From Candidatus Saccharimonadota bacterium (lineage in GTDB: Bacteria; Patescibacteriota; Saccharimonadia; Saccharimonadales; UBA4665): a stretch of DNA of 64,000 nt. Made by a program: the position numbers and the translations under genes. This document shows, one piece after another, positions 1 through 8,067 of this stretch (position 1 is the stretch's first letter; the number at the start of each line of letters is the position of its first letter). A model generated the notes under the pieces. It saw only the letters and a list, made by a program, of their open reading frames with translations. It was not told the DNA's origin and ran no database searches. The DNA is taken from positions 14,364 through 78,363 of the forward strand of contig JARIHC010000007.1 of the NCBI GenBank assembly GCA_029288485.1. Reading direction: 5' to 3'.

Positions 1-49
1 ACATTTATCGGCGGCTACGCCGCCAGCCGCCAGCGAGCTTACCCTGAGT

Positions 50-502
50 GTGCCCGATAAACTACGCGAGACTTTTATGCGTGAAGCATTTTATTGTAGG
101 ACGTCGCAAGAAGAAATGCCCTCCAGAGCGATTCTTTACGGGGCTACTATTATGTCTTTGATGTCCAAAGGTGCTCATATTGGTTTTGAGTACAGTCCCG
201 TATCTAATTATGAAGAGTTAGGCCGTACTCCCGCCGTCAGGCGGCTGCCCTTTAACTTTGCGGCACCAGAAGATTCAGCAAAAATATCTCATGCTTGCGA
301 AATGATTAGAGAGGCATCAGACACTGAATTTGATGTTCATATAAGCCCTTATTCATCGGCCTTATTGCAACAAAGGAGTCAAAAGAACGGGCTTTCAGAC
401 GAAGTTAATTTTATCGCCTTTGCCGCTTTAGTCGAGTATGTGGGCACAGCCGAACGCGAAGGACTGCACCTTAGCGTATCTCCGCAATTGCTGTATAGTT
501 AA
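50..502 (+). CDS. hypothetical protein (possibly 5'-truncated by the window edge)
   Basis: 150-aa ORF ending 7 nt before the E1-like gene. The frame has no stop between nt 2 and 50, so it may start outside the window. No motif recognised. Confidence 0.35.
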   Translation: MPDKLRETFMREAFYCRTSQEEMPSRAILYGATIMSLMSKGAHIGFEYSPVSNYEELGRTPAVRRLPFNFAAPEDSAKISHACEMIREASDTEFDVHISPYSSALLQQRSQKNGLSDEVNFIAFAALVEYVGTAEREGLHLSVSPQLLYS

Positions 503-508
503 CAGGTA

Positions 509-1753
509 ATGGGCCATAAAAAACTTGTTTTAAGCGATGCCAGCTCAGGCTATCCAAGTTTCTTAAAGAAGGTTTCTAAACCGGCCAAAGAAAAATCATC
601 CAACGAGCCAGTCTTAATCAAGATGGACGGCGCCAAGGCCAAGGATCAGCTTGAGCGGCTAGTAAAGGCCAACCCGGGTCTGCAGTTGGTAGATAACTAT
701 GCTGAGCAGTATGCCGAACTGCTGCTCAGCAAGCACGCGCATCTTTACAGCGCCAATTACGATGTGCAGGTTGCCTCGATTGCCAAAATGCTTGAAGAGC
801 ATTATGGTAAAAAACCGGCCTGGCAGCTCGGGTCTTGGGTGTATTTCCCATGGAAAAATCAGTTAGTGCACGTACTAACCCAACACGATTTTGAAGATTT
901 ACGGACCATCCGCAACCGCGACTTGATAACTAAGGACGAGCAGCGCAAACTATTTGATTTTAAAGCGGCTTCTTTTGGTATGAGCGTGGGCAGCGCTGGA
1001 GCACTCGCCATGGCTATTAGCGGCATCTCGCGCCAAGTGAAGCTGGTTGACGGGGCAGTTATAAGCGGCTCTAACTTAAATCGTATATTAACCGGTGTTT
1101 CCAGCGTTGGGCAGGGGAAGGCCACAGTTATTGGCCAGCAAATTTACGAAATGAATCCTTATTCTCAAATAGCGTATTTTGATAAAGCTATTTCCGGCAA
1201 CGTTGGCGAAATCCTTGATAAACCATGGGCTGTGGACATTGCAGTAGACGAGATAGATGACATAGAGATGAAAGTTCGCATTCGTTACGAGGCTCGCCAG
1301 CGCAAAATCCCTGTTATTATGGCTACTGAATTAGGCGATACCGTTATGCTCGATGTCGAGCGGTTCGACCAAGAACCTAATCGGCCACTGTTCCATGATA
1401 TGGTTCCGGGTGTCGAAAAACTGCTTGATCAGCCGCTGGAAAACTACCGCGAGTGGACCAAACACGCGATGCGGATCATCGATCCTTCCAATATGACCGT
1501 AAAAATGCAAAAATCCCTGCTTAAAATTGGTACGACAATAGTCACCCATCCGCAACTAGGTTCCACTGTTATGATGACTGGCGGCGTGTTAGCTTTTGCT
1601 GCCAAGAACATTGCTCTAGGGCAGCCAATCAAGTCCGGACGTTATGTTATTTCGCTAGAAAAAGAACTATTAAGCGATCATCAAAGCCGCCGCTACCGCA
1701 GAACTCATAAAAAACACACCAAAGTGCTGCACCGAGCTGTTAATTCGATGTAA
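509..1753 (+). CDS. ThiF/E1-like adenylyltransferase-fold protein (resembles the N-terminal half of Rv1355c-type proteins)
   Basis: Rossmann-like 'FGMSVGSAGALAMAISG' followed by 'KLVDGAVISGSNLNR', typical of the ThiF/MoeB/HesA family. 414 aa. Confidence 0.55.
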   Translation: MGHKKLVLSDASSGYPSFLKKVSKPAKEKSSNEPVLIKMDGAKAKDQLERLVKANPGLQLVDNYAEQYAELLLSKHAHLYSANYDVQVASIAKMLEEHYGKKPAWQLGSWVYFPWKNQLVHVLTQHDFEDLRTIRNRDLITKDEQRKLFDFKAASFGMSVGSAGALAMAISGISRQVKLVDGAVISGSNLNRILTGVSSVGQGKATVIGQQIYEMNPYSQIAYFDKAISGNVGEILDKPWAVDIAVDEIDDIEMKVRIRYEARQRKIPVIMATELGDTVMLDVERFDQEPNRPLFHDMVPGVEKLLDQPLENYREWTKHAMRIIDPSNMTVKMQKSLLKIGTTIVTHPQLGSTVMMTGGVLAFAAKNIALGQPIKSGRYVISLEKELLSDHQSRRYRRTHKKHTKVLHRAVNSM

Positions 1754-2714
1754 TCAATTCGTCGCTGCTAACCCGCGGCGAGTAGCGGTGCCGCGAACTG
1801 CCGCGGCCAATTCGTATCAAAGCAAGCACCCTTTTTTTAGTGCCTAGCATTTTTTCAATGTCATCGTGATAATTAGAAGCCTCCACTACGGCTGCCGATG
1901 TAGCCTGGGCCAAACCAAGTTCGGCTACTTCCAGACTGACGCGCAAATATGCGCGGCCAACTTCAAACCAATATTCAGCTAAGTCGCCGTCACCAAGTAT
2001 TAGCACCACTGCGCTAGCTGACTCCCAGCGTTTGCGTTCTAGGTTAGCCTCGCTAGCAACACCTAGCCCTGAGCGTACTAACCACGGCTGCACCCAAGCT
2101 AGCCAAAATGGGATATATAAACTACTTACGGTTATGCCGCGTTTTTTTCGCGACCATGGCGCCACCAGGTATTGGCTAAGTTCTTTGCGAAAATTAGGAT
2201 TACTTAATGCCAAACCAATGCCTTTACTTGTAAGCTCGGCTATTTTATCGATCAAGCTGCGATCAGTTGACACTCGTGTCTCCACTCCGCTTCCTACGCC
2301 AGCTGCTTCAATTTTGCTTATAACGCTACGATTAATCTCAGCAGATTTATAAATGCTTCGATCACTATGCCGGACTGCCAATAACTTGACGTAACGCTTA
2401 GAATCTACCGGCGGCTTAGCATGCTTGCCAACGATGATGCTCGCCTGGTTATGGCCGTTTTTTATTTTTTGCACCTGAAGCCCTCGACTCTCGGCAGCTA
2501 TTTTTATAGCTTCCGAGAAAATACCTAGACTAATGGCAGTTTGGCGACCAGTAGGGTCGCCATCGTCCAAAACATAGCGTTTATTTAACTGTACTTTTAT
2601 AGTCTGGCCGTCTGTAGATACCTGCCAAGGTTGGGTATTGTGTACCGAAGGCGCTAAGCGCGCTATGTTGATTATCTCAGCCAGTTGTTCGTGGATGTCG
2701 TCAAGCATATTCAT
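1740..2714 (-). CDS. nitroreductase-fold FMN oxidoreductase (Acg/SagB-like, two-lobed)
   Basis: N-terminal 'APSVHNTQPW' nitroreductase signature. At 324 aa the size fits Acg-type proteins. Convergent with the E1-like gene and overlaps it by 14 nt. Confidence 0.55.
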   Translation of the reverse strand: MNMLDDIHEQLAEIINIARLAPSVHNTQPWQVSTDGQTIKVQLNKRYVLDDGDPTGRQTAISLGIFSEAIKIAAESRGLQVQKIKNGHNQASIIVGKHAKPPVDSKRYVKLLAVRHSDRSIYKSAEINRSVISKIEAAGVGSGVETRVSTDRSLIDKIAELTSKGIGLALSNPNFRKELSQYLVAPWSRKKRGITVSSLYIPFWLAWVQPWLVRSGLGVASEANLERKRWESASAVVLILGDGDLAEYWFEVGRAYLRVSLEVAELGLAQATSAAVVEASNYHDDIEKMLGTKKRVLALIRIGRGSSRHRYSPRVSSDELITSN

Positions 2715-2830
2715 TAAATACCTCTAAGGGGTAGATTTATGTGATCGCAAGTATTATGCTGTAATTAGCATAAGCAACTACTTATGATAGTAGTTCATGC
2801 CTATCATAATACAAAAAACAAAACAAAAAG

Positions 2831-3943
2831 ATGTTAACCAAAACAAAAAAACCGCCAAGGTTCACTAAAAAAGTGCCAGCTAAAGCCAGGCGCTTACCGC
2901 AGTTCGACAGCCACGAATTCGTGATGACACTACGCGACGAGCCTAGCGGGCTCCATGCCTTTATAGCTATACACAACACTAATCTTGGAAACTCTGCGCT
3001 GGGTGGCACTCGTTTTAGCACTTATAGCTCTGAACAAGCTGCCCTCCAAGATGTTCTTAGCCTGTCCAGGGCCATGAGTTATAAGTGTGCCTTAGCGCAG
3101 CTGCCTTACGGTGGCGCCAAAGGCGTTATAATCGCACGACCCAAACAAAATCGCCATGAAATCCTAAAAGCCTACGCCCGTTTAGTTGATAAGCTAGGCG
3201 GTTTATTTAAAACGGGTACCGATGTAGGTATTAGCGACCAAGACGTAAAATTTATGGCGGGGTACACCTCGCATATGCTAGGAGTAACGCCCGGCGACAG
3301 AGGCGAACTTACCACTTCCAATACGGCTGCGCTGGGTGTTTTCCAGGCGATGAAAGCATGCTTACGCCAACTATATGGTTCGCCGGATTTTACCGGTCGC
3401 TCAGTAGCCATTAAAGGCGCAGGCAAACTGGGCGGCGAACTGACCCGGCTAGTAAGCGAGGCCGGCGGCAGCGTTATAATATCTGACATTAACACCTCTA
3501 GACCACGAACCGTAGCAAAAAAATACGCTCGAGTTACCGTGGCTAGTAATAAAGATATACACAAACAACCAGTTGATATATATGCTCCATGCGCTCTGGG
3601 CAATGAATTTACAGCCAAGACAGTGCCACAACTGCGCTGCAAAGCTATTGCCGGCGGCGCCAACAACCAGCTGGAAAACGATAACATCGGTGAGCTGCTG
3701 CATAAAAACAATATCCTTTATGCTCCTGACTACATTGCCAACGCCGGCGGCCTGATATATGTAGCAGACGAGCTGGAGCCGGATGGCTTTAAGCGCTCGC
3801 GCGTCTTAAAACGCACTCATGACATAGAGGGTACGATTGGGGCGATCTTTCAACAAGCCACCGAGCGGCGCATGCCAACCTATAAAGTCGCCGATATGAT
3901 TGCGCGCACAAGAATCCAAGACGGCATAAAAAATGAGCGATAA
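2831..3943 (+). CDS. Glu/Leu/Phe/Val dehydrogenase family (leucine dehydrogenase-like)
   Basis: 'GGTRF', catalytic-Lys motif 'PYGGAKGVI', 'GTDVG', and NAD-binding 'IKGAGKLGG'. Confidence 0.8.
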   Translation: MLTKTKKPPRFTKKVPAKARRLPQFDSHEFVMTLRDEPSGLHAFIAIHNTNLGNSALGGTRFSTYSSEQAALQDVLSLSRAMSYKCALAQLPYGGAKGVIIARPKQNRHEILKAYARLVDKLGGLFKTGTDVGISDQDVKFMAGYTSHMLGVTPGDRGELTTSNTAALGVFQAMKACLRQLYGSPDFTGRSVAIKGAGKLGGELTRLVSEAGGSVIISDINTSRPRTVAKKYARVTVASNKDIHKQPVDIYAPCALGNEFTAKTVPQLRCKAIAGGANNQLENDNIGELLHKNNILYAPDYIANAGGLIYVADELEPDGFKRSRVLKRTHDIEGTIGAIFQQATERRMPTYKVADMIARTRIQDGIKNER

Positions 3944-5360
3944 TACTTCTCTAAGTTTATTTCAAAAAGCCGCTAAAGAAATTCCGGCCTACCGGCGGTT
4001 TCTAAGTTCTCACGATGTTAAACCTGCCGATATAAAATCTACTAGCGATTTTAGCTCCGTGCCGCTTACGAGCAAAAAAAATTACCTGCAAAAAAACCCT
4101 TTTCAGGAGCTGATTTGGCCCGCTGCCGCCAACGACCTAATGCTGTTTTGCGCTACCTCTGGCTCAACAGGGGAGCCGTACTACTTTCCGCGTGGCGATA
4201 AACTAGCTTGGCAATATTCGGTGATGCTCGAAGACTACTTAAAAGCCTCTTCATACGGCGCCGGCAGCACCCTGGTAATCATTGGTTTCGGCATGGGCGT
4301 GTGGATTGGTGGCATATTCACCCAAAGAGCCTTCGAAATTGCCGGCGCCCGCATGAAACAGCCGCTTGCCTTACTGCCGGCTGGTTATAACAAAGCCGAA
4401 ATATTCAAGGCTCTACACAAGCTAGCACCCCAGTTTGAGCAGACTATTATCGTAGGTTACCCGCCTTTTGTTAAGGAGTTAATAGACGAAGCCCCAGATG
4501 AAGGCGTAAATCTTAAAAAACTTCGTATTCGCTTCTTGTTTGCCGCCGAAGCATTTAGTGAAACTTTTCGTAACTATCTCTGCGAGAAGGCCGGGGTTGC
4601 CGACCCCATAAGAGATACCCTCAATATTTACGGTACCGCTGACATAGGCGCCATGGCCTACGAAACACCGCTCAGCATACTAATCAGGCGCTTGGTTATC
4701 AAAGACCCACTTCTCTATAAAGACCTCTTTGGTCAAGTAGAAAAGACACCTACGCTGGCTCAGTACAACCCCGATTTCGTCTCGTTCGAAGAAGTTAACG
4801 GAGAAGTCGTTTTAACAGGCGATAGCGCCATGCCGCTGATCCGTTATGCTGTTGGCGACCACGGCGGCACATTAACTTATCAGCAAATTAAACAAGTAAT
4901 GGGCAGTCACGCCGTAAACCTCGATGCCGAAATCCAAAAAGCCAGTCTAGACAAGTTTGTTAACAGGCAGCATCCGTTTGTGTTTGTGTATGAGCGAACA
5001 AATATGGCAGTCACTCTGCACGGCATTATCATTTATCCTGAATTTATCAAAGAAGGGCTTTTGCAAGCTAAACAGGCCAAACACTTTAGCGGGCGCTTTA
5101 CTATGGCTACTAAAAACGACGCTGATCACAATCAGTTCGTACAGATTAACGTTGAGCTCCAAAAAAATCTAAAACCAGACTCTGCCCTAGAAAAGTTAGC
5201 ACTGAGCCACATCAAAGACAGTTTAATAAAGCGTAGCTCTGAATTCGCCGAAGTAAGCCGTAGCCGTTCTGCTGACCAACTTATACAAATAGTTTTGTGG
5301 CCCAACGGCGACCCCCGTTATTTTGCTCCCGGCACCAAACAAAAGTGGGCAGAGAAGTAA
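3933..5360 (+). CDS. adenylate-forming enzyme, phenylacetate-CoA ligase / F390 synthetase-like
   Basis: 'FCATSGSTGEPYYFPR' AMP-binding P-loop-like motif. Size is PaaK-like. Overlaps the upstream dehydrogenase gene by 11 nt. Confidence 0.6.
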   Translation: MSDNTSLSLFQKAAKEIPAYRRFLSSHDVKPADIKSTSDFSSVPLTSKKNYLQKNPFQELIWPAAANDLMLFCATSGSTGEPYYFPRGDKLAWQYSVMLEDYLKASSYGAGSTLVIIGFGMGVWIGGIFTQRAFEIAGARMKQPLALLPAGYNKAEIFKALHKLAPQFEQTIIVGYPPFVKELIDEAPDEGVNLKKLRIRFLFAAEAFSETFRNYLCEKAGVADPIRDTLNIYGTADIGAMAYETPLSILIRRLVIKDPLLYKDLFGQVEKTPTLAQYNPDFVSFEEVNGEVVLTGDSAMPLIRYAVGDHGGTLTYQQIKQVMGSHAVNLDAEIQKASLDKFVNRQHPFVFVYERTNMAVTLHGIIIYPEFIKEGLLQAKQAKHFSGRFTMATKNDADHNQFVQINVELQKNLKPDSALEKLALSHIKDSLIKRSSEFAEVSRSRSADQLIQIVLWPNGDPRYFAPGTKQKWAEK

Positions 5361-5419
5361 GAATATCTTACAATAGTAAGCATTAGCGAATTTATGAAAC
5401 AGAGAGAGACGTCGCTCAT

Positions 5420-7582
5420 ATGCTTGAGATATCGGTTCTTATAACGGCTTGCATCTTGAATGGTCTCTTGGGGCTGGTGGTTTACCTTAAGAACCCCGAG
5501 AGCGCTACCAATAAGCTGTTTTTTGCTTTAACTGGTAGCTTTGTAGCCTGGTCCCTGGTTAATTACGCCTCTCTGCACCCGTTTTTGCTACCCCAGTTAG
5601 ATTGGATTCGTCTAGTTCTGTTTGCTGCTTCGCTTCTCTGTTTGCTGGTTTTTTTGACTTTTACGGCTTTCCCAGATGTTAAGTTAGCTGCCAGATACCA
5701 CCGAAGAGCGCTCCTGGCCACCTATCTAACAGCGGTGGTTATGATGTTGACCCTCACACCTTTTATTTTTAAATCATTAAGCTATTCCCATGGGCAGGCT
5801 AGCCCAGTGCCAGCCCCAGGAATTGGCCTATTTCTATTGCAATCTGTTGGTTTGCTAGGCGCCGGCATATTTATCATCATCCGTAAGCATCACTCCTCTC
5901 GAGACCGCAAGGTTAAGGAACAGTTACGTTTAGTATTGCTAGGGGTGGCAGGCACCTTCTTGCTAATAGTAAGCGCCAATCTGTTATTGGTGGTTATATT
6001 CAACGTTACTGCCTTGGTGTCCTTCGGTCCGGCGTTTACGCTGGTATTTAGCGCTGCTTTCGCCTACGCCATCATCCGGCACAAACTGTTCGACATTAAA
6101 GCAGCTATAGCCCGATCTGTTAGCTATCTGTTAATAGTTGGCACTATGACCATTGTTTACGGCGTGGCTCTCTTCGGTGTAATCGACATCCTATTCCAGG
6201 GGTCAAGTAATCAAAACCTAAGGCAAATTTTATCTGTTTTACTAATAACTCCTCTAGTGCTTAGCTTTCAGGCTATTCGGCGGTTCTTTGACCGCCTTAC
6301 TAATCGCCTGTTTTACAGAGAGAGTTATGATACCCAAGAAGTGCTCGACGAAGTGGGCAAAATTGTCACCGCTGAGATTGAGCTGCACCGTATTCTTAAC
6401 GACACCCGAAAAGTGTTAACTGCCTCTCTCAAGAGCTCGTTTATTGAATTTATATTGTTCAAGAACGGTAAACCGTACTTCGAGGCCCACACTCACAAAA
6501 TTATTAGCCAGAACATCTTAGCTATAGGGGCGGATATTGCCCAGCAAGAGAAGGATTTGCTAGTAACTGACGACTTTTCTAATAAGGGGCCGCTTCAGAA
6601 CCGTCTTGGCGAGGCTGGCGTATCTCTGAGTTTGCGCCTAAAAACCCGCGAACAACTGGTGGGCTATATTATCTTCGGTGCTAAGAAGGGCGGAGACGCC
6701 TATAACGCTCAAGACCGCAAACTGTTGCTTATCTTGTCAAATGAGCTGGCAGTAGCTGTTCAAAATGCCCTCCGCTTCGAAGAAATCCAGAACTTTAACC
6801 TTACCCTGCAGGCTAAAGTCGATGAAGCTACCAGAAAACTCCGTACTGCTAACGAAAAACTAAGAGAAATGGATGAAACCAAAGATGACTTCATCAGTAT
6901 GGCCTCCCATCAGCTCAGAACACCGCTTACAAGCGTAAAAGGCTATATATCAATGGTTTTAGAGGGTGATGCAGGTAAAGTTAACGAGAAGCAGCGAGAA
7001 ATGCTTGGGCAGGCCTTTTTTAGCTCTCAGAGGATGGTTTATCTGATAGCTGACCTCTTGAATGTGTCGCGCCTTAAGACGGGCAAATTTATTATTGAGC
7101 CAGCACCGGTAGATCTGGCAGAAATAGTTAAAGAAGAACTGAGCCAACTAGAGGAGACAGCTGCTTCCCGTTCTCTGACTCTCTCTTATGACAAGCCCAA
7201 AAACTTCCCTCAACTGATGCTTGATGAAACGAAGACTCGCCAGGTGATCATGAACTTTGTAGATAACGCCATCTATTACACTCCTTCTGGCGGCCATATA
7301 GCGGTTCATCTGTTAGACAATAAAACCACTGTGGAACTAAAGGTGGAGGACGACGGTATAGGGGTGCCCAAGAGTGAGCAGCCGCATCTGTTTACGAAGT
7401 TCTACAGGGCTGGCAATGCCCGTAAAGCCCGTCCAGATGGCACTGGGCTGGGACTATTTATGGCCAAGAAGGTGGTAGTAGCCCAAGGCGGTTCCTTGAT
7501 TTTTGATAGCCAAGAAGGCAAGGGCAGTACCTTTGGGTTTACCTTCTCTAAGAGCAAATTAGCCGCAAAGCAGAAAACATAA
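5420..7582 (+). CDS. sensor histidine kinase with a multi-TM N-terminal domain
   Basis: About 7 hydrophobic helices, then a GAF-like region, a coiled coil, H-box 'SHQLRTPLTS', and N/G boxes 'DNAIYYTP' and 'DDGIGV...GTGLGL'. No response regulator gene is adjacent. Confidence 0.85.
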   Translation: MLEISVLITACILNGLLGLVVYLKNPESATNKLFFALTGSFVAWSLVNYASLHPFLLPQLDWIRLVLFAASLLCLLVFLTFTAFPDVKLAARYHRRALLATYLTAVVMMLTLTPFIFKSLSYSHGQASPVPAPGIGLFLLQSVGLLGAGIFIIIRKHHSSRDRKVKEQLRLVLLGVAGTFLLIVSANLLLVVIFNVTALVSFGPAFTLVFSAAFAYAIIRHKLFDIKAAIARSVSYLLIVGTMTIVYGVALFGVIDILFQGSSNQNLRQILSVLLITPLVLSFQAIRRFFDRLTNRLFYRESYDTQEVLDEVGKIVTAEIELHRILNDTRKVLTASLKSSFIEFILFKNGKPYFEAHTHKIISQNILAIGADIAQQEKDLLVTDDFSNKGPLQNRLGEAGVSLSLRLKTREQLVGYIIFGAKKGGDAYNAQDRKLLLILSNELAVAVQNALRFEEIQNFNLTLQAKVDEATRKLRTANEKLREMDETKDDFISMASHQLRTPLTSVKGYISMVLEGDAGKVNEKQREMLGQAFFSSQRMVYLIADLLNVSRLKTGKFIIEPAPVDLAEIVKEELSQLEETAASRSLTLSYDKPKNFPQLMLDETKTRQVIMNFVDNAIYYTPSGGHIAVHLLDNKTTVELKVEDDGIGVPKSEQPHLFTKFYRAGNARKARPDGTGLGLFMAKKVVVAQGGSLIFDSQEGKGSTFGFTFSKSKLAAKQKT

Positions 7583-7591
7583 GCAATAATA

Positions 7592-7620
7592 TTGACAAAG
7601 CGTAACACTTATGATAGTAT
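7592..7620 (+). promoter_or_regulatory. candidate sigma70-type promoter of leader 1
   Basis: TTGACA (7592-7597), a 17-nt spacer, then TAGTAT (7615-7620). Same layout as the promoter of leader 2. Confidence 0.45.
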
Positions 7621-7706
7621 TAGAACATCCTCGCCTCATGGGCGTCATGGGTGGAGAACCTTCCGGTGGCTAGCAAGTGGCAGTCGGAATCCAGGTGGAT
7701 CGGGGA

Positions 7707-7720
7707 GCAACTTTACAATC
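7707..7720 (+). repeat. conserved leader motif GCAACTTTACAATC (copy 1)
   Basis: Identical 14-mer at 11867-11880. A diverged copy, GCATTTTTACAACC, is at 10585-10598. Confidence 0.7.
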
Positions 7721-7769
7721 AGGCAAGAGTTGGAAAATTGTTTAGTTTGTCGGTTTTAAAAATAAAAAT

Positions 7770-7791
7770 AGCGCTGTTTTCGGCGCTTTTT
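7770..7791 (+). terminator. rho-independent terminator-like hairpin closing leader 1
   Basis: AGCGCTG-tttt-CGGCGCT stem (7 bp, one G:T) followed by TTTTT. Confidence 0.5.
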
Positions 7792-7807
7792 ACATTTAAA
7801 ACGCAAG

Positions 7808-7830
7808 CTAGATAGTCATGGGTCTTTAAG
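7808..7830. repeat. terminal inverted repeat, left, unit 1
   Basis: AGATAGTCATGGGTCTTTAAG is identical to 10623-10643 (21/21). Confidence 0.8.
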
Positions 7831-7882
7831 CCCGGTTGAGCAGTCTATTACAGATAACTCCCGGTTTTTTGCAACCCAACCA

Positions 7883-7889
7883 ACCGACT
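7883..7889. repeat. inner inverted repeat ACCGACT, unit 1 (partner AGTCGGT at 9327-9333)
   Basis: The same CCGACT/AGTCGG pair brackets the ORF in all three units. Confidence 0.55.
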
Positions 7890-8067
7890 AAATATGTTCT
7901 ATGAAATTGTCTTTCAGTCCTCTTTGGGCGGAATGAGCAGGTGACGTAAAAGTCGCCTTTTCGTTCTGCCCAGAGTGGGTTAAGTAAAAGAAGTAAAAAC
8001 GAAACCAAGTATCGGAAATGGATCCACCGATACTGTCAACCAAACGACCTCTGAGGAGGTGTCAAAA

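Noticed and set aside
2760-2810. Short palindromes TATGCT-gtaatt-AGCATA and AACTACT-tatga-(T)AGTAGTT between the nitroreductase and dehydrogenase genes. ACTTATGATAGTA also occurs at 7605-7617.
   Set aside because: They overlap likely -10 elements (TATGAT). The shared 13-mer is best explained by promoter consensus. There is no third copy or associated regulator to support an operator call.
3172-3711. A 179-aa antisense ORF inside the dehydrogenase gene. Similar cases lie at 23861-24400, 51093-51599 and 52126-52632.
   Set aside because: Each lies opposite a gene with clear family motifs. No start context, and the translated sequences are low-complexity.
7707-7720. Interpreting the cassettes as IS200/IS605-type or PATE elements, because the conserved leader 14-mer contains TTAC and there are subterminal hairpins.
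   Set aside because: No tnpA or tnpB gene is present. The TTAC lies 30-90 nt from the inverted repeat rather than abutting an element end. True terminal inverted repeats are not a feature of that family. I keep this only as a remote possibility.
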